Assembly (NCBI RefSeq): GCF_020745735.1
Contig: NC_083426.1
Coordinates: 12,586,001-12,650,000 of the forward strand
Length of the DNA: 64,000 bases
Source of the DNA: Hemiscyllium ocellatum
Lineage: Eukaryota
Direction: 5' to 3'
The notes below the pieces were generated by a model. The model made no database searches and was not told the origin of the DNA. It worked only from the letters and a program-made list of their open reading frames with translations. A program made the position numbers and the translations under genes. Of the stretch, positions 47,226-60,994 are shown piece by piece. The first letter of the stretch is position 1, and the number at the start of each line of letters is the position of its first letter.

Positions 47226-50200
47226 GTAAATAATACTTTCTGTTCAAGAAGTGCAGTTTGTTTGTTTTTATTTCATCTGTGCACTAATAGAATATAATGT
47301 ATTCTCTATTTTGTGGTTACCTTTCTCCAAGACTAAATGTGTTTATATTGGAAGAGGAGTCAATTTAACTGGGCTTTCTTGAGTTAACACTGAGTGAGTT
47401 TGTTCTTCACTAAACAAATAAAATATTAATAATATAACACACATATACAGACATTGAGAGTATGAAGTGAGTCTAAAGAAAATAATAACAGTTAATTAAA
47501 GAGGCTGAGACTCTGAGTTGTTCATAAAGAGTGGATAGTAAAACATTACAGCCATGACAGTGGGTGTTAGTTGGAGCGCTGTGCAGTTGATTGAGATTCT
47601 TGGTGTTGAGCAGATTAATTGAAATTCATTTGTCAGGTTTGTTTTGACAAATGCTGGCTGGCAGCACTCGGAATAAGAAAGAGTTTAGGGTGAAGATTTG
47701 CTCACTGAGCTGTAGGCTTGATATCCAGACGTTTCATTACCTGGTGATAACATCATCAGTGGCGATCTCCAAGTGACGCGAAGCTGTTGTCTCCTGCTTT
47801 CTATTTATATGTTTGTGGTTCCTGAGGTTTGTGGTGATGTCATTTCCTGTTCATTTTCTGAGGGGTTGATAGATGGTATCTAGATCTATGTGTTTGTTTA
47901 TGGCGTTGTGGCTGGAGTGCCAGGCCTCTAGGAATTGTCTGGTATGTCTTTACTTAGCCTGTCCCAGGATAGATGTGTTGTCCCAATCGAAATGGTGGGT
48001 TTTTTTGCCTCTGAGTGTATGGCTACAAGGGAGAGAGGGTCGTGTCTTTTTGTGGCTAGTTGGTGTTTGTGTATCCTGGTGGCTAACTTTCTTCCTGTTT
48101 GTCCTACGTAGTGTTTGTGGCAGTGCTTGCATGGAATTTTGTAGAAAACGAACAGGAAATGGCATCACCACAAACCCCAGGAACCCCATCCAGGAGAAAG
48201 ATATAAATAGAAAGCAGGGGAAAACAGCTTCGCTTCTCTTGGAGGTCGCCACTGATGATGTTACTTAGCCAGGTAATGAAACGTCTGGATATCAAACCTA
48301 CAGCTCAGCGAGCAAACCAACACCCTAAACCTCAATCTGAGCTACAAACCTTCACAAACCTTACACAAAATAAGAAAGAGTGTAACCTCATTCTTTTCCC
48401 ACAATGCAGGGATATTTAATGGCTGTTCACCAAACTGTGACCTTCACATCACACTATCCACAGATCAGGAGATCTGACCACTGACACAGACAGAGAGCAG
48501 GATTGAATTTCACTTTTAACTCCTGCCTATGTGTATAACTGAAAGGGGAAAACCAAGAAAATGATCACTCAGCCAGATTGCTGACACTTCTCCCACCATG
48601 ATCATAGCCTGAGATAATTCTAAGGAATGAATGAATGAATGAGTGAGTGGATTAGCTTATGGAATGAATTAGCTTTATATTTACATACACACAATGAGTG
48701 CAGCGAAAAGGTTATATGTCACCACTTACAGTGACATCTTCGGTACAAAGGTATCTAGGTACAGCTGCTTTAGTTACAAACTCTCAGAAAATGGAAAATT
48801 AAAATGTTCAACATTGCTGAAATAAAAGACCAGAACAACGGTCTTCCAACCCATACCACGCCAACTGAACACATTTGCCTTGTTGTGTGTTTCTTCCTTT
48901 ATGTCAATCCTTTTGAAGTTTATGTGACACACTGTTTTGCACAAATTTTTAGCATCTCTCTCCACATATCCTCTGAATTCACATATGCAGTAATTTTGGC
49001 TTGATCAGTTGTCTTTAGAAATAAATATTGAAAGTAAAGTTCAATTTATAAGTGATTAAATGAAGTACAGCTGCACTTGTTGAAAATACTTTAAAAATAG
49101 AAAGTGGGAGTCATGGTGGTTCAGTGGTTAGATCTGCTGCCTCACAGAACCAGAGACCCAGGTGTGATTCCAGATTCAGGGAACTGACTGTGTTGGAGTT
49201 TGTACATTCTCCCTGTGTCTGCATGGGTTTCATCAGGGTGTCCGGGTTTCTTCCCACAATCCAAAGATGTGCGGGTTAGGTGAACTATCATGTTAAACAG
49301 CCCAAAGTGTTCAAGGATGTGTATGTTGAGTGGATTAGTTAGGGCGAATGTAGAGTCATAGGGGTAGGGGAATGGTTCTAGGTGGGTTGCACTTTGGATG
49401 GTCAGTATGGACGTTTTGGGCCAAATGGCCTGTTTCTACACTGTAGGGATTTTATGATTCATTCCATGATCATGACACCCTGCCACCCTCGTTTACCGTC
49501 TCCCCACAAAAGTAGCAAATGCCCCTTGGAGAGTATTGGTCCTGATTCTTCTAGTTCATGACCTGTCCACCTTGTACAGATTCCATCTTCACCAGAATTG
49601 GACCAAGGCGTCAAGAGTCTAAATCCCTCTCTCCCCACAATCAGGCAGCTGAGCCACTCCTGGTGCCATGGATGTGGCTTTCGCTGCATTCACCTGAGAA
49701 CACATCTCCCCCAGCTGCATGGAAAAGGGAAAATCTATGAGAAAGGGAGACAGCCTCAGTGTGTTCCTGCACTCCCTGCCCAGTGTTTTCACTCTGTCTG
49801 AGTGATCTCCATTCCCTTTCTGTCAGTGCCCCCTCCACCGACAGTGTAGTGACACCATTGCATGTGTTATCCATGAAGGTCTCAGCCTACTGGGTCCATC
49901 ACAGTGACTCCAGATCACTGATGGCCATATCCAACACAGCCTAGCCATACACAACTGCCCTTGAACTTCCCTCATAGTCCCCTCTGCGGAACCCAAGCAA
50001 TTCTGTTGCATTGTCTGCAAGACTACGTTACTAATAACAGTGCTTTGTAGAAGGAGTCTACTCTCTGTCTCTTTCAAAATTTAGTCCCTATCTGTAATTT
50101 TTTGAACTCCTCTTCAGTGACCCTCAAACTCTGCTGAGTGATCAACTGAAATACTACAAAACACCCCATCTTGAGGCTATTTGATACAAACCCTGTTGCT

Positions 50201-50428
50201 GGGCAGAATTGAATGATGCGGTGGAAAAGCTTTGCAAATGAGTGCACATTGGATGTTACATTTCTCAGGCAATGCTGGTCTCCCTAACACAATTAGATGG
50301 ATTTCACCACAAACTGCCTGAGTAGATGCGGTGGAAGGATTCCCCTGTACTCAGTGGTAACTCATATTAAAAGTATCTGAATGTGTTGAGAAGCTATTTT
50401 CTGTTTGATGAATTCATTGTCTTTTCAG

Positions 50429-50737
50429 GTTCAGGTGTAGTGCCGGTGAAAAGTAAAGTAACAGGAGTTTTGGGAAGAGCGATCACAATAGACTGTCACT
50501 ATGACCAATGGTCACAATGGTCTGTGAAAGTTTGGATGCGCCAGTGCTCTGTTTTAGTAAAATCAAGTGAACATCATGGACAACGAGGAAGGATGTCGAT
50601 CACAGATAACACGACACAAAATAAATTTTCTGTTACGATGGAGGATCTTCGCTCAGAAGATGCAGGATGGTACAGCTGTGGTATTGATCAATCCGGCCTC
50701 ATTTCAGTGTCTGCTATAGAGCTGCATATATCTGACG
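50429..50737 (+). CDS. Gene C exon: V-set Ig domain 3
   Basis: Duplicate of 7689-7997; identical translation including the C-strand deletion. Confidence 0.85.
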
Positions 50738-52805
50738 GTACATTTCTCAGTGATATCATTGATTATTCCCCATTGAGATGTAAGATTGATGTTTTATCTG
50801 TGAGAGAACATGACAGTTCCAGTACCCTGATGCCCCGTGACAGTGAAAGGGTTTTGCATTTGTGGGGCGGGTAACTCAATGCTTTGCAAAAAGAATTGGA
50901 ACCTTGTGGCCAAGATGACTGATCTAAAAACATCAAATTTGATGAAATGGAGTGCTGTCGTTCTTATCCTCCTTGTCCCTCCCACCAGCTAAAACATTGT
51001 GAGAGTTTACACCTCCATTCCCAATGGCTGCCTGCAGTCATTTAACACTGAGTACAGAGGGAAGTGAATGGGGATGTGACTTTTGGTCCCTCAGCAGCAG
51101 TGGGCACCACTTGGACCTGAGCAAGTTCCCTGAAGGGGAAGAACCAGGTTCCAGTCTGGGACATGCTGTCAGTGCAGAGAGAGAGGGATGGGGCTCTGGG
51201 ATGTGCTGTAATAGGTCATTCAGAGACATTTGAAGGAGATTTTCCGCCACCAACCTTTTTGCTGATATTATTCAAGCCCATTGATATCACTCGGGAAGAA
51301 TAGCCTCATACTGTCTTCAGTAGAATATCAGATTGATTTGATCAAACAGCAGATTGGATTATTACACATCAAGGAATAGCTCATTGCATTACATCTAAGA
51401 TACACAACTGCCTCTTGTGAGTCAATCAGGATCAACTTAGATTAAGTATGCATTACTGCTTCAGCTAACATGAAGACAATCACTGAAACACTACTCGCTC
51501 TCTGGTGAACATATGCAGAACTTGTAGCCCACAAAGAGACTCTAGTTAGCTTCTCCCAGGAACTGTGCTAAGGATGCGTCTGGTCACCAATATGTTTCGA
51601 GTATTCACTTGACGCAGAGATAAAGGAGAAATGTAACTCCACACCCATTCACTCCGACAGAACAGGCTGACGAATGTTGAATGGGATTTTAGTCAGTAGA
51701 AACAGGAGACCCAACTGACTTATAGCTTAAAGTCATTGGCTCTGGGGACATTGAAGTAGACAGTAAATCTGACACAACATCCATTTACCCAGCATTTCTA
51801 GATTTCAGAATCCTAGAAACACAAACTGCCACCTCCTTATGAATTTTTTAGTTAAAATATCCTTTTCAGTCACAGTGAAGCCAGACAAAGCAAATTTAAA
51901 CTCTATGTTTAAGGCCAGAAAGCTTGTAACAAATATCTGCCAATTTATTGCCTTATTTTATTTCATTTTTTGTAAGTTTCTGTCCGACAGCTTTCCATTT
52001 GTAAATCAGACACTGAACCAGTTACAGTCTTTGATCTGCTCCTGAGAGAAAATATTGGCTCTGATTTCCATGTTGACACATGACCATCATCATTGCATTT
52101 GTCCTGATTTAGAGTTCTCCTAAGTTCTGATATACAGTTAGTTCTGGGATAACGTACTCTTCGGCTGTGCGATTTGACGAGAACGTTGTTGAAGAATTAG
52201 GGAATGGTATTTTCAAGAACGTTTACCTCCTTTGTTACTCGCACATTTCCAGCAGGGATGGGTTTGCATGCTTCGTTCTGCACATACAGCGATGTCCGCA
52301 CCAAAGTCTCCGCACTGTCCTGCACATGTGCTGATATCAGCTGCTGACAGAGCAGCTTTCCGTGAGAGGGACTGCACAGAGAGCAGCTTTCAGACATTTT
52401 TAAATGTACTGTGTTAAATTTACTTTTGTCTCATTGATAAATATGATTTCCACCTTCATTCAGGCTGTGCTATACTTTGCGTTAGACTTTTGGGTGATAT
52501 TTGAGCACTCTTGAGTGATATTTTTTGCCTGTCTGCCCTAACCCCACTTTTCCCGTAGGCCCCATTATTTATATTCAGCGAGGTTTCACTGGAACACAAC
52601 TATAGCATTATAGGGGAACCACCTGTAATAGTAGACATGGGAAATCACTTTACCTGGAGTCCGGAGAGGTGTGGCGAGGGAGATATGTTGAGGATATTCC
52701 AACATACAAGCCCTGGATTAGATATAGAAGTTTAGAAATGTTAGAAAGAAGAAAGTACTTGAATGCTGTTCATGTGGTATCTGAATATCTACTTCTTTTC
52801 CCCAG

Positions 52806-53132
52806 ACCCTGTGTCTCTTCCTGAACTTCGATTTTTATCATCTCCACCAAATGCGTCATGTTTTGGGAGCTCGGTGTCAATCTCCTGTGAATCTGTCCAG
52901 GGATCCCTCCCCATTCACTACACATGGTATGAAAGGACCCCATCTGAAGCTTCAAAGATCTCTAACACCAGTAAACTGGATCTACATTGTCAATCCTTCA
53001 CACATCAACATCATCAATATTACTGCACAGCCTCAAATACTCAAGGAGAAAAATCCAGTGAAATTGTTAATGTGTCAGTCACACACAGACCAGGGGAGAA
53101 CTGCAGTTATGTGGCACAAATCAGCAACAGTG
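52806..53132 (+). CDS. Gene C exon: C2-type Ig domain 4
   Basis: Duplicate of 10066-10392; identical translation, one synonymous AGA/CGA change seen. Confidence 0.88.
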
Positions 53133-55793
53133 GTAAGTTACACTGTAAACAAACAATATAATTGTCAAAATATAAATTTCTCACGAATTAGTTGCTGATT
53201 ATATTCATGCAGTCAGTCTAAAAAATTGGAACTGGCCAAATTTACTCCATCTGGTTTTCAATAGATCGGAACAAGACAATTTAGTTGAATAAGGATAAGA
53301 TTATACAATGTCCCAAAAACATGGATAAACTTTGCAGAAATTCCACTAATCCCAGAAAAATAAAATATCATCAAATTGATGAGTCTTCAACAGCTGAAAT
53401 AGCTATTGTGACTTCCAGCTCCTGCATTCTCATTTAGGATGGATGTCAGGAGAGAATGTTAAAGAGTTTATCTAAAATGGAAGTGACTGAGCACAATCTC
53501 TGGACATCTAAAGCATTTACAGCCATTGCTTGTTGAAGTCTCCTCACTCCTGCAATACAGGAAGTGCAGCAATCAATCTGTCCAGAGACAACTCCCACAA
53601 ACAGTAATGTGAAAATCACGAGATGACATCTTTAATTGGGGGATAAATATTATCCAGATACTGGAGTAACTGTACTATTCTTCTTCAAGATAGTGCCCTG
53701 GATCATTGACATTGATCAGAGTTGGCAGATGGAGTTTCAGTTTAACATCTTACCAAAAAGGTAGCACTGCCAACCCTGCAGCATTCCTTCACCAATGCAC
53801 TGGAGTGAGAGCATTCAATTTTATGCTCAAACCCTGGCCCAGATATAAATATTCTTTGCAACATGGATTGCCGGCTGGAATATGTGTTAGAAACCGAGTT
53901 AATAATAATGTTTAAAAGGGAAGTGAAAGGATATTAATAACATCAAAGAACTGTAGTTACTGAAAATCTGAAACTGACGAGAAACTGACTGTAGCAGAAT
54001 CAAAATGGGTAAAGACTTGGTTCTGAGTTAAGGATGCCTTTACCATCATTGAATGTAACAGTTTAAACAGCAGGAACTGTTTCATCACTGTTGCTTTCAG
54101 TGAGGAACATTAGAATAATCAGACTAAAAGAGAAGTGCATTTTTCCTGAGCAGCCGTATATATATCCTTACTTACTCCAGTTATTGACAATGGACACATG
54201 CTTTAGCTTCAGAGAAGATCAGTGTCAGCAGCAAGTAAACAAAAATTTACCCATAACCTACATTTGTACAACTTGATTTCTGATATCAGTGGGTTGTGAA
54301 TTCAAATTACCCTTCACAGATTAAATTCCATGTTGTCTGACCCTGGAACAGTGCTCTATTGCTGGAGGGACTGTTGGGATGTTATGCTACTGACCATGAC
54401 ATCCTTCAGCTGATACAATTCAAGGAAGAACAGGAAACTTCACTCAGTATTTCATCAACTTCACCCCTCAGTTAAGATGATGGAGAGCAGATTATCTGGT
54501 GATAACTTTTCTGGGAATTTCTCATGTATGCAAATTAGCTTCTGTTTCCCCACGTCACAACCAGGATTACAATAAAGGGAAGAACTTTGTGGGTGGTGTA
54601 GTATTTAAAGATGTGCTGAGGTTGTGAAAGATGCAGGATCAGCACAATTTATTGTGAGATTTTGAATTAAATGAATGACCTGAATCACATCTGAGGGACT
54701 TACCTGCAGGTTCAATGGATGTGGGGAATCTTGGAGTCTAGCAATTCGATCTGAACAGGGGAATATTGAATGAATATTGGTTATTTGTTCACTGACACTG
54801 ATGGCAGAAATTCCTGGTCTAATATTTCCCTCCACATACAGTGTGCAGCTGAAGCTCCTTTTCCATCATGGCCAGAATCAAAGTTATTAGGTCTCCAGAA
54901 ATACTTTTTCTGGTGAATGTTTTATTCATTCACTGGATATAGGCATCACTGACTAGGCCAACATTTATTTCCCATTCTGAATTGTTCAGAGTCAGCCACA
55001 TTGCTGTGGGTCTGGAGTCACATGTAGGTCATATCAGGTAAGGATGGCAGTTCCTTTCCCTCAAGGACATCAGAACCCGATGGTTGTTTCCTGACAATCG
55101 ACAACAGATTTGTGGTCACGATCAGACTCTTAATTCCAGTTTCTTTTGTTTGATGACACTGGAATTCCACTATCTGCAAGGCAGGGATCAACACAGCTCC
55201 CCAGAGCATTGCTGGGTCTCTGAATTAATAGTCAAGATTAGAGTGGTGTACTGGAAAAGTACAGCAGGTCAGGCAGCATCTGAGGAGCAAGAAAATCGAC
55301 GTTTTGAGCAAAAGCCCACCATCAATGATGCTGCCTAACGTTCTGTGCTTTTCCAGCACCACTCTAATCCTGACTCTGATCTCCAGCATCTGTTCTACTC
55401 ACTTTCGCCTCTCTGAATTAATAGTCTAGCAATAACACCACTTGGTCATCACCTCCTCGAGTGATGAGAAGGGCCAGTTCTCTGGCTGGAATTATATGTT
55501 TGCACAGGACACAAAGGGGATGTTGAAATTGGATTCCTTTAACAGGCTCAGTAGGTAATGCTGTGCTCCCATCTGTGACATATGGGGAACAATTAGAAGC
55601 GATCGTGAAAGATGGGTCACTGACAGGTCACAGTGGGAACACCCGGCTGGTGAGGGGGTGGACATTACACTGAGATTATACTTTCCAAATCCATTATATC
55701 AGACAGGCGTTTCTTCCAATCTGACAATGTTGCTCTTTTGGTTAACTGTGATAAAAAAAGGTTAATCTGATTGTTATTCCTTTGTTTCAATAG

Positions 55794-55872
55794 GAGCTGA
55801 TGACTGTTATAAAATTTCAACAGTATCATCGACAACTACAAATTTAAGCATCACGTCTCAACTTGGTATAAG
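55794..55872 (+). CDS. Gene C exon: stalk (phase 1-2)
   Basis: Acceptor ttcctttgtttcaatAG and donor GTacga. Reads (G)ADDCYKISTVSSTTTNLSITSQLGI(S). Confidence 0.75.
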
Positions 55873-57967
55873 GTACGACTATCTCAACGCTATTGTTTGA
55901 TGACTTCCATGTGATAGATTAAATCCTCTTGAAAACTGTTTTGTTATTTGGGGTGAAAATCATTTACTATTTCACGACATAACTCTCAGAATGGAAATGG
56001 GGCTGGATTGACATCAGGCTGTGGCATTAGCTTCTCAACAAATTGTGATATTTGTGTTGGAAACAAGAACAAGAGGAAAACAGCTGCAGGTTGCTGGCCC
56101 TCAGATCCATTATTCATCACAATTACTTCACTACTACCTTGATTGGATTTCATGAAGACTGTGAATGTCACATTGACCTTGTCCTTTTCCACCCCGGTGT
56201 GGTACTGAGGGAAATGTTGTTTCTCTGTGTGTTAATAAATCTGCTCAACCTTGGTGTCACTTGGGAGGAACACCTGGTCAACTTTGGTCAAATTTGCAGT
56301 GAGGAGACCTTCTTCTTGATGGTATTCTCAATGTGGTGTAGGAGATACCAGGTACCTTACAGTGCAGAGTCATAGACTCATACAGCTCAGAGGCAGATCC
56401 TTTGGTCCAACTCGTCTGTGCTGACCAGACATCCCAATCTGACCTAGTCCTATTTACCAGCATTGGGCCCATATCCCTCTAAACCCTTCCTATTCATATA
56501 CTCATCAGATGCCTTTTAAATGTTGCAATCATATACATTTCTATCAAAGAAACAAAAATATATTATCAAGGCAGAATGGAATATTGTTTTGAGGAGGTCT
56601 GTTCACATGATGGTATTTGATGCGTCCTTTTGGCTGGTACAAGACATTAGGTGAGTGTGAGTGATGGTGACAAGATGTTCGAAATAGATCCCTCAGATGT
56701 TGACGTTGCCATAGTATGTCGACAGGAAGGATTTGTTAAACGTGAGTGGATGCAGTAAAGAATGTTGCTGAGACTGGAGGGTTTAAGTTAGATGGAGAGT
56801 TGAATAGGCTGGGGCTTTTTTCCTTGAAGCTTTGGAGGCTAGGGATGACCTTACAGAGGATTATAAAGTTGTGAGGGCCATGGATACGTGAATAGCCACA
56901 GTCTATTCCCTTGGGTGGGGGAGTCCAAAACTGAAGGACATAGGTTTAAGATGAAAGAGGAAAGATTTAACAAGGATCTAAGGGGCAACTTTTTCATGCA
57001 GAGGGCAGTGCAGGTACAGAACACTGTCAGAGGAAGTAGTGGAGGTGGGTACAATGATCACATTTAAAAGGCATCTGGATGGATATATAAATAGGAAGGG
57101 TTTAGAGCGATATGGGCCAAATGCTGGCAAATGCAACTCGGGATGTCTGGTCAGTGTGCACGAGTTGGACTGAAGGTCTGTTTCTATGCTGTATGATTCT
57201 ATGGCTCTATCTATGACTTTGTCAAAGAAGAACAAGGAACAAAGAAAATTACAGCACAGGAACAGGCCCTTCAGCCCTCCAAGCCTGCACTGATCCACAT
57301 CCTCTACCTAAACCTGCCACCTATTTTCTAAGGGTGTGTACCCCTTTGCTCCCTGCCCATTCATGTATCTGTCTAGATACATCTTAAATGACACTATCAT
57401 GCCCACCTCTACCACCTCCGCTGGCAACGCATTCCAGCATGCACCACCCTCTATGTGAAGGACTTTCCACACAATTCTCCCTCAAACTTTTCCCTTCTCA
57501 CCTTGAACTCATGAGCCCCTAGTAACTGAGTCTCCCACTCTGGGTAAAAGCTTCTTGCTATCCACCCGGTCTGTACCTCTCATGACTTTGTAGACTTCAA
57601 TCAGGTCACCCATCAACCTACGTCTTTCTAATGAAAATAATGCTAATCTACTCAACCTCCCTTCATAGCTAGTGTCCTCCATTCCAGGCAACATCCTGGT
57701 AACCTCCTCTCCACCCTCTCCAAAGCATCCACATCCATTTGGTAATGTGGCGACCAGAACTGTATGCAGTATTCCAAACATGACCGAACCTAAGTCTTAT
57801 ACAACTGTAACATGACCTGCCGACTGTTGTACTCAAGAACCCGTCAGATGAAGGTAAGCAATCCGTATGCCTTCTTGACCACTCTATTGACCTGCATTGC
57901 CACCTTCAGGATACAATAGACCTGAAAACCCAGATCTCTCTTTACATCAATTTTCCCCAGGACCTTT

Positions 57968-58335
57968 CCTCATTTTCCTCATTTCTGCTCCCCCCACTTA
58001 CCCCAGTTCCAACCTGCCAATTCAGCCTATCCTTATGCCCAGTCCTACATGCCATTCGTCCTTCCCACCTATCCGATCCACCGTCCTCCCTGACCTATCA
58101 CCTTCATCCCAACCTCCATCCACCTATTGCACTCTCAGCTACCTTCTCCCAGCCCCACCGTCCTCCCATTTATCTCTCCACCCCGGAGGCTCTCTGCCTC
58201 ATTCCTGATGAAGGGATTTTGCCTAAACCATCAATTTTCCTGTTCCTCGTATGCTGCCTGGCCTGCTGTGCTTTTCCAGCATCACTCCAATCTAGACTCT
58301 GATCAACAGCATCTGTAGTCCTCACTTTTGCCCTT
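57968..58335 (+). mobile_element. Penelope-like 3' fragment present only in copy 2
   Basis: Similar to 62300-62617; interrupts a CR1 fragment that is contiguous in copy 1 (~15325). Confidence 0.7.
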
Positions 58336-58856
58336 TTCCATTTACTGTACAGTTCACTCTTGAATTGGATCTTTCAAAATGCATCACCTCGCATTTGCCC
58401 AGATTGAACTCAATCTGGCATTTCTTTGTCCAACTTTCCAATCTATCTATATTCTGTTGTATTCTCTGGCAGTCCCCTTCACTATCTGCTACTCCATCAA
58501 TCTTAGTGTCATCTACAAACTTGCTAATCAGACCACCAATACCTTCCTCCAGATCATTTATGGATATCACAAACAACAGTGGTCCCAGCACGGATCCCTG
58601 TGGAACACCACTGGTCAAAGCTTCCACTTTGAGAAGCTCCTTACCACTTCCACTCTCAGTCACGTGTTGCCTAGGCAGTTTTTTTATCCATCTAACTAGT
58701 ACACGCTGGACCCCATGCGACTTCACTTTCTCCACAGCCTACCATGTGGAACCTTATCAAATGCCTTACTGAAGTCCATGGAGATGGTGAGTCCTATTTT
58801 CACAGTTAAAATTTACAGAACACCAGGTTATAGTCCAACAGGTTTAATTGGAAGCA

Positions 58857-58891
58857 CACTAGCTTTCGGAGCGACGCTCCTTCATCAGGTG
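58857..58891 (-). ncRNA. Minimal hammerhead ribozyme motif, third family
   Basis: Minus strand cac-CTGATGA-a-GGAGC(gtc)GCTCC-GAAA-G-CTA-gtg; palindrome AGCT, CUA triplet. Confidence 0.6.
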
Positions 58892-59571
58892 ATTGTGGAG
58901 GGCTCAATCGTAACACAGAATTTATAGCCGGCATCTCCAAATCATGCCTATTTTCACAGTCAGCCAATTGTGGAACAACTGGGTGTTTATCTGGTGGCAG
59001 CTGGAACTTGTGTCATGTTAAGTCAATGCTTGATGGAGATCTTTCCATTTTCATTTGTGATTCACATACTCGTTTTGCAGAATTCACTTCATATTTCCAC
59101 GCTATTTGCTCGAGCTGCTGACAGTAAGTATCAGAAATTGTCGTCTGTTATAAACACTGAGGAATTGAGTCTTTGAATTTCCAATGGTTCTAACAGAGTA
59201 AAAAGAAACAAAATATCAAACACAATGGAAATGAGAAGTGAAAATTAAACAGAAATAGAGAGTGGTGGATGCACACAGCAAGTCAGACCATATGTTTGGA
59301 GAAAATAAATAAGGAGCTCTGCTAAAGATCTGGCCAATATTTATTTGGTCATATCTCATTGTTACTCGTGAGATTTTTCTCCATAGATATTATGCACTTC
59401 ATCTCCTGTTTCAGACACTATCAAACATTCAAAAGTCCTTCCTTAACTGTAAAATGCTGAGGGCCATTCAAAGGTCATGAAAGGTGCTATATAAATGTTA
59501 AAGCCTCCTTTCTTTAAACAAGTGCCCAATTGTGAACCCACACTGACCCTTTCCTGTTCTCTGTATCACAG

Positions 59572-59660
59572 TCTGGTTTACATTGTGGTCGGTGCACTGG
59601 GGGCCATGATCATTGTTTTTGCTGTTTCTCTGCTTTTGTACCTGAGGCAAGTTAAGAAGG
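59572..59660 (+). CDS. Gene C exon: uncharged transmembrane segment (phase 2-1)
   Basis: Acceptor ttcctgttctctgtatcacAG and donor GTaagt. Reads (S)LVYIVVGALGAMIIVFAVSLLLYLRQVKK(G); hydrophobic helix with no charged residue, followed by basic stop-transfer residues. Confidence 0.88.
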
Positions 59661-60994
59661 GTAAGTGTCGCTTTCTCCTTAATCATTTCATGAAATGTCA
59701 ATCGCTTGCTATATGAATTGTAATTCATTGTAAATAGCAAACATTAATTAACAAATTGGAGTAACTTGTTCCACCTTCTGGTCCAGATGGATATAAGCTA
59801 GAAGAATAATAATTAATGTTTCTCACTAATAAGAGGTGGAGTCTGGAGGAAGGGGAAGTCTACATTGGTTTAGACTGACAGAAGTGAATGACAGGAAGTG
59901 ATTTGGTCAATTGAAATTTAGATAGACCTTTATGTAATGTATTGTTGAAATATGTACATTACAATTGCAAGTATTGAGGACTTCATAAGTGGAATTTCTC
60001 CCATTTGATCCAATAGTAATCAGTTGCAGTCAATTTCAGGAGCAGTACTTCCTCTCTAAGAGAATTAGATGGAGAGTCAGATGCCCAATATTGACCGATT
60101 CCTGATGAAGGGCTCTGGCCCAAAACGTTGAATTTCCTGTTCTTAGGATGCTGCCTAACCTGCTGTGCTTAAACCAGCAACACATTTTCAGCTCTGATCT
60201 CCAGCATCTGCAGACCTCACGTTTTACTTGAATATTGACTGATTGCCCAGTTTGTTTCTGGATTCTCTGTAGGATCTTGTCAGGGTAAAATCTGATGGAA
60301 AACTCAGCAGTTGTGCCAGCATTTGTGGGAAGAAAGCAGAGTTAACATTTTGGGTCCAGTGTCTCTTCATCTTCATCTGCCAGACCTGCTCAGCTTCTCC
60401 AGCAACCTCAGGTCTTTTCCAGATCTCCAGCATCTGCAGCTCTGTATTTTATAAAATCTAATGAGGTTTAGTTTACTGTCAAGTAGATCTCTGTTAAGAC
60501 CAAGATGATTCTTTCTCTACTATTTCTGTTTATTTAAGGGGAAATCTCTCAGTGAGTGGTCTTTTCCTATGAATGCCTGAATTCCCCAAGTTCCCAACAA
60601 TCTATTGGTTTCTGCTTTCAATGCACCCAGTATCTGAGTGTTCACAACTGTCTGGGAGAGGCTTCTGAAGTTTCACTCATCTTTGTGTGAATACATTTTG
60701 CCCAATCTCGGTCCTAATTTGGCCCACCCTTTATTCTGAGACCGTGACACTCAGCTCCAGGATCCCTGGCCAAAAGAAACAGTTTATCAACGTTTGCCTG
60801 TCAAGTCTGGCGTGGTGGCTGAGTTGTTAGTACTGCTGCCTCACACAGCACTAGAGACCCAGGCTTGATTCCAGCCTCGGGTAACTGTGTGGAGTTTGCA
60901 TATTCTCCCTGTCTGCATGGGTTTTCTCCGGGTGGTCCAGCTTCCTCCTCCAGTTCAAAGATGTGCAGGTTCAGTGGGTTGGCCATGTTTCATT

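Larger units (their letters stand above)
42745..59255 (+). repeat. Segmental duplication, copy 2
   Basis: Colinear with 1-~16095; near-identical 5' part, more diverged 3' part with copy-specific insertions. Confidence 0.95.

Noticed and set aside
42745-59255. Duplication as a pure assembly artefact
   Set aside because: The 3' parts are clearly diverged, carry reciprocal insertions and lead into different TM exons. An artefact affecting only the near-identical 5' part cannot be excluded without reads.
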